Shown here: positions 15,081 through 24,000 of the stretch, piece by piece
How positions within the stretch are numbered: position 1 is the stretch's first letter
Layout of the letters: each line of letters opens with the position of its first letter
Assembly (NCBI GenBank): GCA_947496465.1
Contig: CANMCX010000002.1
Location: forward strand, 400,137 to 424,136
DNA length: 24,000 nt
Reading direction: 5' to 3'
Origin: Marinifilum sediminis
GTDB lineage: Bacteria > Bacteroidota > Bacteroidia > Bacteroidales > Marinifilaceae
Program-made: the position numbers and the translations under genes
The notes under the pieces: model-generated
The model's input: the letters and a program-made list of their open reading frames with translations, nothing else
Databases searched by the model: none
Told to the model about the DNA's origin: nothing

Positions 15081-16040
15081 CTATTCAACTTCATAAACGG
15101 CATAGGCTCGAGACCATTCGATGGTCTTTCCGGGTTCCACGCTTAAATCGAAAAACAACTCCGGACTTATCACATGTTTCCATCCCCATAGGTTTACTTT
15201 GTTTGTTTTAAAGCTTCCTGTTTCCCTTATTCCAATCTTGCTCTTCGTATTGATTAACTCCCAACTTGCATCAACCATTTTATTACCTGTAAGATTTCCA
15301 TAAAAGAATTGTTCTTCAGGCGTGCTATTGAAAGTAATTTTCTCCTTTTCAACCAATACTTTTCCTTCTGGATTTAGTGCTGCATCAAATAATTCCGCAT
15401 TGAGATCGAATGGAAATTTTAATATGTAATCACTTCCCATTAACTCTTTATTGATGGCTAAAAAATTGTGACAGTATTCATTGGTTGTAATGGTTTTTAC
15501 TCCTGTATTTCGTAGGCTGTATCGAATTATAAAACTACTTTCCAGTAGTTCTGTTTCTTTTCTCAGAACATAGGAATAACCATTCATACTTTTTGATTCA
15601 CATTCTACAATTAGCTTATTCTTTTCTGTTGTCACCTTAAAATTGGCTGGTAGAATTTCATAATTCTTGCTAAAAGCGTAATTCTTTCCCTCCTTTTTTA
15701 AGGATCCTATCCCGATTTTAGGAAAATACTCACCCTCTTTTATATCATCAAAACCAATGGGCATTTCAATACCAAACTCATTGTAAAAACCTTTGCCATA
15801 AATATTCTCTTTATCTCCACTTATTTTTTCTTGAGTGGAAACAGGAATGCCTTTAAATTTTACGGCTGCGATTTTACCCGTCCAATCGAATCTTGAAAAC
15901 TGATAATTCTTTAAGGGAAAATCAATACAAATTTCAAGATTATTATTTTTAAGAATGTGTTCCATATTTGCGTCTTTTCTTTGCTGAGCTGAACTATTAA
16001 AGGCAAAAATGATCAGTAAAATCAATAGTATATTTTTCAT
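15081..16040 (-). CDS. secreted hypothetical protein, possibly with a galactose-mutarotase-like beta-sandwich fold
   Basis: SPI-type signal peptide (MKNILLILLIIFAFNSSAQQ). The sequence is beta-rich with no catalytic motif that I recognise. The fold guess rests only on general resemblance and operon context. Confidence 0.5.
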   Translation of the reverse strand: MKNILLILLIIFAFNSSAQQRKDANMEHILKNNNLEICIDFPLKNYQFSRFDWTGKIAAVKFKGIPVSTQEKISGDKENIYGKGFYNEFGIEMPIGFDDIKEGEYFPKIGIGSLKKEGKNYAFSKNYEILPANFKVTTEKNKLIVECESKSMNGYSYVLRKETELLESSFIIRYSLRNTGVKTITTNEYCHNFLAINKELMGSDYILKFPFDLNAELFDAALNPEGKVLVEKEKITFNSTPEEQFFYGNLTGNKMVDASWELINTKSKIGIRETGSFKTNKVNLWGWKHVISPELFFDLSVEPGKTIEWSRAYAVYEVE

Positions 16041-16058
16041 TCTTTGGAATTTGAAAAA

Positions 16059-17072
16059 CTAATTTGACTTCGATAAATTGGTGTACTTCTCTTTGACGAT
16101 CTGAAAAGCCTTTTTCTTGTTCCGATCTATATCTACAATTCCCCAATACTCTTCATTAGGAGCTCCATCGTAAGGAACGCCACTGCTATTTGGAGCCCAT
16201 CCACCTGTATCTAAAACGTCATTATTACCTGCTTTCCACAATTCATCTACAAAAGCAAAAAGAGTTACACCCGAACAAATTTCCTGATTTCGAAATGTGG
16301 CATCTAAAATATTAGTTGTAGCATCGGCTTGAGCCAACTCGTTTGCGCCTTTGCTGTAACCACTTTTTTCGATGGTCATATAACTGTCTGCGCCAGCCTC
16401 CGATAAATACATCGGCTTATCACTTACAGCAGCCCACTGTGAAAATATCTCTTCCGGATTGTCCCAGCGATACACATTCATTCCCCAAACATCAATATTA
16501 GGGCACATGCTTAAAGCCAAAGCATCTGGCAATTCTCCATGTGCTGTTGTAACAGGATGTAATGGATCTTGCTCATGAATTAGTTTTGCCGCATTATTCA
16601 TAGCTGTGTACCAATTTTTCATATCTCCCTGAAACCACTCTGGATGATAATTGTATTCATTGCCCAATTCCCACATCAAAATTGCCTCGTGGTTCTTGAA
16701 TGCATTTACGTAATCGATAAAAGTTCCGGATAGAATATCATTCTCTCCTCCCTGATTGTAGCCAAAGCCAATGATCACTTTCAAACCAGATTCATGTATT
16801 TTATCAAGAACAGAAAGCTCTGTAATTGGTTCATACACACGAATCGTATTGATTCCTGCCTCTTTCATTAAAGCCAAATCTTCCTTCAAATTATCAAAAC
16901 TTCTTTGATCGCTCCCTTTTGGCACAGGATGATAACATATCCCCCTAATTGTATAAACAGAATCGTTTACTAAAATATCCCGTCCATTAATAGAAATGGC
17001 ATCTGTATTAGCTTGTTTACATGAAATGAGCAGTATACTCAGCGTAAAAATCAACACAATATTTTTAATCAT
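16059..17072 (-). CDS. clan GH-A (beta/alpha)8 glycoside hydrolase lipoprotein, family unassigned
   Basis: Signal peptide ending in Cys (LSILLISC). Strand-4 acid/base context ILMWELGNEYN and strand-7 nucleophile context KPMYLSEAGADS. The N-terminal IRGICYHPVP...LMKEAGINTIRVY is typical of GH-A TIM barrels. Confidence 0.68.
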   Translation of the reverse strand: MIKNIVLIFTLSILLISCKQANTDAISINGRDILVNDSVYTIRGICYHPVPKGSDQRSFDNLKEDLALMKEAGINTIRVYEPITELSVLDKIHESGLKVIIGFGYNQGGENDILSGTFIDYVNAFKNHEAILMWELGNEYNYHPEWFQGDMKNWYTAMNNAAKLIHEQDPLHPVTTAHGELPDALALSMCPNIDVWGMNVYRWDNPEEIFSQWAAVSDKPMYLSEAGADSYMTIEKSGYSKGANELAQADATTNILDATFRNQEICSGVTLFAFVDELWKAGNNDVLDTGGWAPNSSGVPYDGAPNEEYWGIVDIDRNKKKAFQIVKEKYTNLSKSN

Positions 17073-17107
17073 GGAAAGGATATTAGTTTGTTTCTAATTA
17101 CAATAAC

Positions 17108-18601
17108 TTAAGCTGGAACAATCACAGTTTGAATTGCTTGTGCATTAATCTGAAATTTAACCGAACGATCGCCTAATGAAATTTCTAAATTCTTTGTTTT
17201 CTCATTCATATTTAAAATCACAATAGCTATGGTACCATCAGGATTTTTTGCTGCTGTCATCATTACATCTTTATCAGATATCTTAAAACCAATACGAACA
17301 GCGTCAGGACGAATGTACTTGCTAAAATGAGCTAAAGTGTAGTACATTGGCGTAAAATACACCTCATCTTTTTCAGGGTCGACAATAACAGGAGCCAAAC
17401 ACCAGTTATTTGCCCAGTTTGGTCCGCCTTTAGTATCCAATACCATATTCCAGTCAATCCAAGCTTGTACGTAATTGTTTAAGCAGCCAATAATATCTCT
17501 TGCATAACGATATACTGGTACATATTTAGGGTGTAAATGTTTTTGATCATCCGGAGCCCAATCAAAGCCCCAATCAGTTGCCTCTTTTTTCCAGTACCAG
17601 GCATCATCATTCCAATGAGGAACTTCTGCATCAACGCAAGCTTCAGACTGAATCATCAGTTTATTTGGTGCCTTTTTGAAAGTATATTGCAAAACTTCAG
17701 GCATATAATCGTATGTACTGGCATACCAATGAATTGCCATACCATCAAAATATTTAGATGATTCCTCATCCTTGTACATGATATCAGCCCATTCTTCCAA
17801 TTCATCCCTGTTTTGATCATATCCCAAAATCTTAACATCATGACCATCTTCCTTTAGTTTTGGTCCCATGTGTTTGCTCACAAATTCTACCATTTCCTCA
17901 GGAGAAAAATGCATACTTTCCCAATTGTTTCCATTTCCCAATGGCTCATTTTCTACAGTCAGTCCCCAAATATCAATTCCTTCTTTTTTGTACTCCTGAA
18001 TGTATTTTGAGAAAAATAGTGCCCAAGTATCATAGTATTCTGGCAACAATTTTCCACCTACATACTTGTTGTTATCTTTCATCCAGGGTGATGCTGTCCA
18101 TGGAGATGAAAGTATTTTAAAGCCATCCTTAGATGCTTCCATAGCCTCTTTTATCATTGGAATGATATCATCACGATCTTCATCGATAGAAAAGTGTTTT
18201 AATTCTTTATCCCCTTCAACCGGAGCGTAAGAATAATTGCTAAGCGAGAAGTCACAAGAGTTAATATGTGTTCGGGTTAGTGAGTATTTTGCGCCCTCTT
18301 CAGCGAAATAGGCATCCAAGATCAATTTCCTATTTTCTTTACTCATTTGATTCAACAAATAAGCCGATGACTCGGTAAATGAACCTCCAAAACCTATGAT
18401 TTCCTGATATTTTTCCTCAGGTAATATTTGAATGCTTACAAACTCATCTCCTGATTCAAATTCTGTTATTTTTGTTAATTTATTACCACTTGCAGATGTT
18501 TCGTAAACATCAACCAACAAGTTTTTTTCTTTTGTATTACAAGCCATAACAACAAGACTTAAAAGAATACCGATAATGTATTTTGATTTCATAATTTTCA
18601 A
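17108..18601 (-). CDS. GH30 glycoside hydrolase (glucosylceramidase-like; candidate beta-1,6-glucosidase), lipoprotein
   Basis: Signal peptide ending in Cys (LLSLVVMAC). The acid/base motif WGLTVENEPLG and nucleophile motif LMIQSEACVD match ENEP and SEAC of GH30 enzymes such as human GBA. Length is 497 aa. Confidence 0.87.
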   Translation of the reverse strand: MKIMKSKYIIGILLSLVVMACNTKEKNLLVDVYETSASGNKLTKITEFESGDEFVSIQILPEEKYQEIIGFGGSFTESSAYLLNQMSKENRKLILDAYFAEEGAKYSLTRTHINSCDFSLSNYSYAPVEGDKELKHFSIDEDRDDIIPMIKEAMEASKDGFKILSSPWTASPWMKDNNKYVGGKLLPEYYDTWALFFSKYIQEYKKEGIDIWGLTVENEPLGNGNNWESMHFSPEEMVEFVSKHMGPKLKEDGHDVKILGYDQNRDELEEWADIMYKDEESSKYFDGMAIHWYASTYDYMPEVLQYTFKKAPNKLMIQSEACVDAEVPHWNDDAWYWKKEATDWGFDWAPDDQKHLHPKYVPVYRYARDIIGCLNNYVQAWIDWNMVLDTKGGPNWANNWCLAPVIVDPEKDEVYFTPMYYTLAHFSKYIRPDAVRIGFKISDKDVMMTAAKNPDGTIAIVILNMNEKTKNLEISLGDRSVKFQINAQAIQTVIVPA

Positions 18602-18613
18602 TTAAAAAGTTCT

Positions 18614-20047
18614 TTAATGTTTTACTCTTCCTCTTTTTGCGATTAAGGCTTCACGAATTTCCAGTGCTCTACTTTCAGTGATATCATATTTCCATACTAG
18701 TAGAATAGCCATTAATGCAGTTACTATAGGAATTACGATATCTGCAATTCTCAAATTGGTTAATGTTTCAACACTTTGCTGATCTACAGATTCGTTAAAA
18801 CCAACCATTTGCAACACAATTCCACTAGTAAGCAATGCCAAAGCGGTTCCTAACTTCACCATCCACCAGTAAACGGCTCCAAACATTCCCTCTCTTCTTT
18901 CTCCATTGTTCAATTCATCTAAATCGCAAACATCGGCTGTCATCGACATCATTAATGTGAATAAACCACCAATACCGAACGACAAAAATGGAATTGGCAT
19001 GAACATTAACCATGGATTAGCAGGATTGAAGCCCCACCATTTTAATGCATATCCAACAATGGAAACAAAAGTTGCTATTACAAAAGCATTTTTCTTACCC
19101 ACTCTTTCTGACAATTTTGTTACAATAGGAATAACAAGAAAGGCTGTAGCCATTGCACTTATTGTTCCAAACCATGCTGGCCAGGAACCTGCAGCAACTT
19201 TATCGCCCTGAAATAAATAATAAACAATAATGAACATCGCAAATTGCGCGATGGTTTGAAAACCATTAAATATGAAAAAAGTAGAACCACAAAGTTTCAT
19301 AAACTGCTTATTTTTAATAGTCAGCTTAATTCCTCTAACAAATTCTTTAGCATTCACGGCCAAATCCTTCATACTTAAATCAGCCATTTTACTCTTATCA
19401 GGAACAATCATCTCTTTGTTGAAAATGGCTGGTAAAATTCCAAGCACCATACAAATTCCTCCTACCCAAATCGCTAAAATTCTTGCTCCTTCGGGAGCCG
19501 ATGCAAAAATTGATGGATCATATATGATCACCCAAAACCAAGGAGCAATCATCCAGGCAACCTGCCCCATCCATTGAGATACTGCCATCAAACGGGTACG
19601 CTCATTGTAATCGGAAGTCATTTCGTAACCCAAACCAATTAAAGGAGTGGCAAAAATGGTATAACCGATGTAGAAAAATACAGAAACAATTAGGAAGTAG
19701 ACGAAATTATAGGTTTGAGAATCTTCTGGGTTTAGTTGCCACATTACCATAAAGGCAACACCAGTTATAGCACTTCCCAATAAAATATATGGCTTTCTTC
19801 TTCCCCACTTCGATTTGGTATTATCCGAAATGAATCCCATAATTGGATCTGTTAATGCATCTAAGAATCGTGGAAGAGCTCCTAAAATACCCGCCAAAAC
19901 TGGATTCATATTTAAGGACATCACCAACACAACCATAAACACACCCAGAGCAGCAGGAAACAACTGATTTGCCAAATGTCCCGATCCAAATGCTAGTTTT
20001 TGCCCAAACGGGACAATGTCTTCCTTTGCCGTTTTATAATGTGTCAT
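18614..20047 (-). CDS. second GPH/MFS-type sugar:cation symporter
   Basis: Polytopic protein with the loop signature PRFLDALTDPIMGFISDNTKSKWGRRKPYILLG. Length is 477 aa. Confidence 0.85.
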   Translation of the reverse strand: MTHYKTAKEDIVPFGQKLAFGSGHLANQLFPAALGVFMVVLVMSLNMNPVLAGILGALPRFLDALTDPIMGFISDNTKSKWGRRKPYILLGSAITGVAFMVMWQLNPEDSQTYNFVYFLIVSVFFYIGYTIFATPLIGLGYEMTSDYNERTRLMAVSQWMGQVAWMIAPWFWVIIYDPSIFASAPEGARILAIWVGGICMVLGILPAIFNKEMIVPDKSKMADLSMKDLAVNAKEFVRGIKLTIKNKQFMKLCGSTFFIFNGFQTIAQFAMFIIVYYLFQGDKVAAGSWPAWFGTISAMATAFLVIPIVTKLSERVGKKNAFVIATFVSIVGYALKWWGFNPANPWLMFMPIPFLSFGIGGLFTLMMSMTADVCDLDELNNGERREGMFGAVYWWMVKLGTALALLTSGIVLQMVGFNESVDQQSVETLTNLRIADIVIPIVTALMAILLVWKYDITESRALEIREALIAKRGRVKH

Positions 20048-20080
20048 AGTTTTAAGATTTGAGATGTTATAGTTATGATT

Positions 20081-21166
20081 CTAGAGTTCTGGAAATAGAT
20101 TTTGCATTACCTTTTTTGGTTTTCTGTCCACTGTAAATAATCCCCAATGCTTTTCAGCTCCGAGAGGATTAGCGGTTTCCCCTTTCCAATCCTCATCAAA
20201 AGCTTCGAAAAAGAAAGTGGTTATATTCATTGCTTTCGTCCATTTCATCAATTCATGGTAATATTTCTCTTGCTTTTCTTCATTAGCTCTATCACCAAAT
20301 TCAGATGCTACAGTTGCCCATCCTGCTTCGGTAATTACAAGTTTGCTATCTGGTATTGCATTGCGCACTTTCTGAACATTTTCGATGGTATAAGACATTG
20401 CTTCATCAATATCCCTCCCTTCCCAAACCGGATAAACATGAATGGAAACAAAATCAACTGCCTTTGCCAATTTTTGACCTTTTAAAGCCCACCAATCGTA
20501 ATTATCGGCAACTGTTACCGGTTGTTTGATAGCTGCCTGTACTTGTTTCACATAAGAGATAATAGTATCGGTATCCACTTTATGGTCGTTCCATTCCACC
20601 AAAGCCTCGTTACCCACATTCACAGCAAGCACTATTTCAGAATATTTATTCGCCAGTTGAATTCCTTTTTGGATTTCCTTGTGATTTAAATGTCTGTTTT
20701 CATCTAAAACATTCTGTGCAATTGGTTCTGTAAGCCAAGCACAGGTTTCGTGAGCACTTAATTCTGCCTTAAGCCAAATTCCTAGCATCACCTTGATATC
20801 TAATTTTTGTTCTTCAATAATCCTAAGAACAGCTTCGGAGTTTTCTCCACAATCATAAAGGCGAATCAAATTGAACAATGAATCTTTTGAAATGATTCGA
20901 AGATCTTCCAATATTTCCGCATCGCTCGGATTTATTGCGCCATTTCCTCTATCGGGATGCTGACCACTTCTAAATCCAGAGTAACAAACAGCTCTGGACA
21001 TCCCATTTAGTAGGTCTTTCTCGTTTTGTTTAATTTCAATTTTATCAGATTTCTTCACAATTGTCTCTTCTCCTGATTTTTTATTTTCATTCTTACATGA
21101 TACAAATACAACTGAAGCGATTGCTAAAAATGTAAGCAGTGTATGTTTAAGATTTGAGCTTTTCAT
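20081..21166 (-). CDS. GH17-like beta-1,3-glucanase/transglycosylase, exported lipoprotein (paralogue 1)
   Basis: Signal peptide ending in Cys (LAIASVVFVSC). Acid/base context LAVNVGNEALVEW and nucleophile context LVITEAGWAT, compared with plant GH17 VSESGWPS. It also has FFFEAFDEDWKG and a C-terminal EKHWGLFTVDRKPKKV. Confidence 0.8.
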   Translation of the reverse strand: MKSSNLKHTLLTFLAIASVVFVSCKNENKKSGEETIVKKSDKIEIKQNEKDLLNGMSRAVCYSGFRSGQHPDRGNGAINPSDAEILEDLRIISKDSLFNLIRLYDCGENSEAVLRIIEEQKLDIKVMLGIWLKAELSAHETCAWLTEPIAQNVLDENRHLNHKEIQKGIQLANKYSEIVLAVNVGNEALVEWNDHKVDTDTIISYVKQVQAAIKQPVTVADNYDWWALKGQKLAKAVDFVSIHVYPVWEGRDIDEAMSYTIENVQKVRNAIPDSKLVITEAGWATVASEFGDRANEEKQEKYYHELMKWTKAMNITTFFFEAFDEDWKGETANPLGAEKHWGLFTVDRKPKKVMQNLFPEL

Positions 21167-21177
21167 GTTTCAAAAAT

Positions 21178-22125
21178 TTAAGATTGAGTTATTACGCTAT
21201 TAAATAATTCTTGAGTTACTTTCTTTGGTTTTCGATCAACCGTAAACAAACCCCAATGTTTTTCAGGCTCCAATGGTTCAGCCGATCCTTTCCATGGCTC
21301 ATCAAAGGCTTCAAAAACAAAAGTGAGAATCTCCTCTTCCTTACTCCAGTTCACCAAATCGTTATAGTATATCTTCTGAAGATCCTGACTTACATTTCCA
21401 GGACAAATTCCTCGTCCATTTGAATTGGTTGCCCAACCAGCTTCAGTAATCACAACAGGTTTATGCGGATATCTGTCTGCAACACTGTAGTAGTTTTGCT
21501 TGGTGTATTCTAATGCTTCATGAATATTTTTATACTCCCAAACCGGATAGGTATGAATGGAAATAAAATCAACCTCTTCTACCAAGTCCTTTAGTTTATC
21601 CAGCCAAGGCACATAATTTTCACAGAATGTAACAGGTTGTCTGCAAGCCTTTTTAATAATTCGAACGTAATTAATCACATTTTCTACCGGCACATAATGA
21701 TCTGTCCAGTGAACTGTAGCTTCATTTCCTGCTGATAATGAAAAAACAATCTCAGGATATCGATTTGCCAGAAGAATTAATTTTGATATTTCCTGTAGGT
21801 TATGTTCTTTGTTATCAAACAATTCTTCTTCGGAAAAAGAACCTCCCCAAGGACAACCGAAATTGTTCATTTCGGCACCAATATATGCTCCAAGCATTAC
21901 CTTAAAATCAAAACCTTCTTTTTCTATTACCTCTAAAATGGTATCTGTTTGCTGATCGCAAGCATACAAACGAAGAAATTTCCAATGACCTTGAAGAATC
22001 GTTAAATCTTCTTTTATCTGATCGTAAGTAGGAAAAACTCCTGTATGCGGACTCTGTCCTTCTCTAAATCCTGAATAGCAAATGGCATTGTCAACCTGTA
22101 TATTAATTTGATCTTCTAGTTTCAT
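21178..22125 (-). CDS. GH17-like enzyme, no signal peptide (paralogue 2, predicted cytoplasmic)
   Basis: Motifs SLSAGNEATVHW, VVITEAGWAT and FVFEAFDEPWKG. The tail EKHWGLFTVDRKPKKV is identical to paralogue 1. The protein starts directly with MKLEDQINIQVDNAICYSGFREG and has no hydrophobic leader. Confidence 0.8.
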   Translation of the reverse strand: MKLEDQINIQVDNAICYSGFREGQSPHTGVFPTYDQIKEDLTILQGHWKFLRLYACDQQTDTILEVIEKEGFDFKVMLGAYIGAEMNNFGCPWGGSFSEEELFDNKEHNLQEISKLILLANRYPEIVFSLSAGNEATVHWTDHYVPVENVINYVRIIKKACRQPVTFCENYVPWLDKLKDLVEEVDFISIHTYPVWEYKNIHEALEYTKQNYYSVADRYPHKPVVITEAGWATNSNGRGICPGNVSQDLQKIYYNDLVNWSKEEEILTFVFEAFDEPWKGSAEPLEPEKHWGLFTVDRKPKKVTQELFNSVITQS

Positions 22126-22171
22126 TAAATTTCAATTGGTTTCTAGCTTTTTCTTACTATCAATCGTAAGA

Positions 22172-23056
22172 TTAATACTTCAACTTCTCATTCTTATCCC
22201 AAATTCCCCAATAAGCACCTACATCTCCTTCATCAGTAGTTTTCCATCCTTCGTCGAATGAAGAGAAATAGAAAATATCAATATCTTCTTCCTTTGACCA
22301 TGATTGTGTTTGAATAAAATATTTCAATGCATTTTCTACTGATGGCTCTGCACCATGGAATGGTTCACCAACATTCGGCCATCCAGTTTCCGTAATGATT
22401 ACTTTTTTCCCATTACCAGCTCGCAATGCTCTATTATACATATCTTTCATATAGAGATAGGAATGCTCAAGACTACAACCTTCCCAAAAAGGATAGCAAT
22501 TCGCGAGGATTACATCGCATGCTTCAGTTATTCGAGGGCGATTTCCGAATTCATAATAAGCATCAACATAACCAACAGGAATGCCAGGAAGAGCTTCCTT
22601 TACCTTGTAGATGTAATCCAACAATTCATCTTCACTTAAATCCTCACGATATAATACTTCATTACCAACAGCCACGATATCTGCATGTCCGGCTTTTGCA
22701 ACTTCAATTAGTCCTTCGATTTCTTTATCGTTAATACTCTTGTATTTTCCTAACCAAGCTCCAACCAAAGTTTTTAAACCATTCTCCTTAGCTATTTTCG
22801 GTATCAATTCGTTTCCTTCGGTACATGAAAATGATCGAATCCATTTGGTATGTGGATTAATTATTTCCATTCTTCGTCGAATTTGACCCTCACCAATCTG
22901 ATCACCAGGCTCTTGCTCATCCATATATGGACTAAAACAGATTCCATGCATTCCACTATTCAGATACTGATAATATATAGATCTCAATTCATCTTCGCTT
23001 TTACCATTTAGGTCGACTCCTGCTAAAGACAAGAGATATTCACTTCGTACAGACAT
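22172..23056 (-). CDS. GH17-like enzyme, no signal peptide (paralogue 3, more divergent)
   Basis: Motifs IVAVGNEVLYRE, VIITETGWPN (closest to the canonical GH17 nucleophile motif), FYFSSFDEGWK and YWGIWDKNEK. There is no leader peptide. Confidence 0.77.
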   Translation of the reverse strand: MSVRSEYLLSLAGVDLNGKSEDELRSIYYQYLNSGMHGICFSPYMDEQEPGDQIGEGQIRRRMEIINPHTKWIRSFSCTEGNELIPKIAKENGLKTLVGAWLGKYKSINDKEIEGLIEVAKAGHADIVAVGNEVLYREDLSEDELLDYIYKVKEALPGIPVGYVDAYYEFGNRPRITEACDVILANCYPFWEGCSLEHSYLYMKDMYNRALRAGNGKKVIITETGWPNVGEPFHGAEPSVENALKYFIQTQSWSKEEDIDIFYFSSFDEGWKTTDEGDVGAYWGIWDKNEKLKY

Positions 23057-23085
23057 AGGTTTAATAGGTTAAAGTTTAAGCTAAT

Positions 23086-23120
23086 CTGTATGAGATATCA
23101 TTGCGGATAATCTCACACAG
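23086..23120 (-). other. intercistronic RNA hairpin between the large upstream gene and GH17 paralogue 3
   Basis: The minus-strand RNA folds CTGTGTGAGAT-(13 nt)-ATCTCATACAG into an 11-bp stem with one G-U pair. On the plus strand that pair would be an A-C mismatch. No U-tract follows on the minus strand. Confidence 0.4.
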
Positions 23121-23132
23121 ATATGGTTTATT

Positions 23133-24000
23133 TTATTTTTTTCTGATTGAATAATCGATTCTATCAATTTCTCCGTTTCTATTGAAGATCCTTGCACTGA
23201 TTTCCTGATCAATTGCATTGGATTTTATCAGTTTTGTTTCTCCATTTTTAAACGAAATAGAGATTTGACTTTCATCGGAAACAGAATAAACTACAGGCAC
23301 TTTACAAAAGGTAAAAGCCAATTGTCCCTTGCCTAATTTTATTTGTTGCTTATTGCCAAACACATCGAAGTATGCAAACTGATCTTCCTGATTAAGTAAT
23401 TCAAGATCATTCAACAGGGATGTTGAAAAAACGATTTGTCCATTTTTTACATGAACGCCCAATTCTCCAATTCTTGAAATGAAATCCTCTTTCACCTGAC
23501 CTGTCATACCTGGTTGCTGTGCACCAGCAGTTGATGGTGTATGTGAGTAGGCATCAGTTGGAAAAGCACCATACAATTCAGGAGATTTGTACAAGCCAAT
23601 TCCTGCTTTAATCTCAAAATAATGATCCTTTATTTTTCCACGAGTAATCGGATTAGCTCCTTCTTCAATTGCATGGAAATAACTCTCTTGTGCAGCAAGT
23701 AATAGTTTAGAAACCATGTGCCAATAAATACTTCCTAAGCCTTCAAAACCATAAAAAGTACCCGATCGACCAGTAAAAGATTGATGATCGAACATCTCCT
23801 CGAAAATATCCAGCACCTTAGCTTTTTCTTTATCAACTAATGACTTATAATCAGCATTAGCAAGATTCTCTAAAGCATTCTTTAAAACTTCCGCATTTCT
23901 AAACGAACCATTAAAGTGATAGCCTCCAGCCTGATCAACTCCTAGAATTGTTGTGTCATTATTCTGAATTAGCTTTGTCAAAAGTTCAGATTCTTTAACT
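23133..24000 (-). CDS. C-terminal part of a larger protein (frame open to the window edge), possibly a glycan-active (alpha/alpha)6-type enzyme or phosphorylase
   Basis: The listed start at 23981 is an internal TTG, and the frame continues to 24000 (..VKESEL-LTKLIQ). Conserved-looking blocks are FTGRSGTFYGFEGLGSIYWHMVSKLLLAAQE and AYSHTPSTAGAQQPGMTGQVKEDF. The family assignment is a guess from operon context only. Confidence 0.55.
   Translation of the reverse strand, partial: VKESELLTKLIQNNDTTILGVDQAGGYHFNGSFRNAEVLKNALENLANADYKSLVDKEKAKVLDIFEEMFDHQSFTGRSGTFYGFEGLGSIYWHMVSKLLLAAQESYFHAIEEGANPITRGKIKDHYFEIKAGIGLYKSPELYGAFPTDAYSHTPSTAGAQQPGMTGQVKEDFISRIGELGVHVKNGQIVFSTSLLNDLELLNQEDQFAYFDVFGNKQQIKLGKGQLAFTFCKVPVVYSVSDESQISISFKNGETKLIKSNAIDQEISARIFNRNGEIDRIDYSIRKK

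Overview
AT-rich bacterial chromosome segment with Bacteroidota hallmarks: a TTTG-N21-TAnnTTTG promoter ahead of a tRNA, many signal peptides ending in Cys, and a long glycoside-hydrolase operon. Bases 1-8500 are mostly housekeeping or ordinary genes: the ligA 3' end, a DEDDh exonuclease, dapA, an LpoB-like and a TPR-like lipoprotein pair, then on the minus strand a stand-alone H-NOX protein, an esterase-TPR protein, YceI and an AraC regulator. Bases 8700-12150 are the unusual part. They hold two tandem 185-bp units, each with tRNA-Arg(ACG), a conserved structured trailer and a terminator. Next comes an unrecognisable 217-aa gene, then a 720-bp gene-free stretch containing about 12-15 degenerate units of about 21 bp (T-tract plus mini-dyad). 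Last is a very AT-rich soluble KAP-family P-loop NTPase gene bracketed by intrinsic terminators. Bases 12198-24000 are one minus-strand operon of at least 11 genes that looks like a beta-1,3/1,6-glucan (laminarin-type) utilisation locus. It has three GH17-like paralogues (one exported, two cytoplasmic), GH30, a clan GH-A enzyme, two GPH-type symporters, a PfkB kinase, a GNAT and a truncated large protein, but no SusC/SusD pair in view. All calls come from reading the translations and sequence by eye; no database search was possible.
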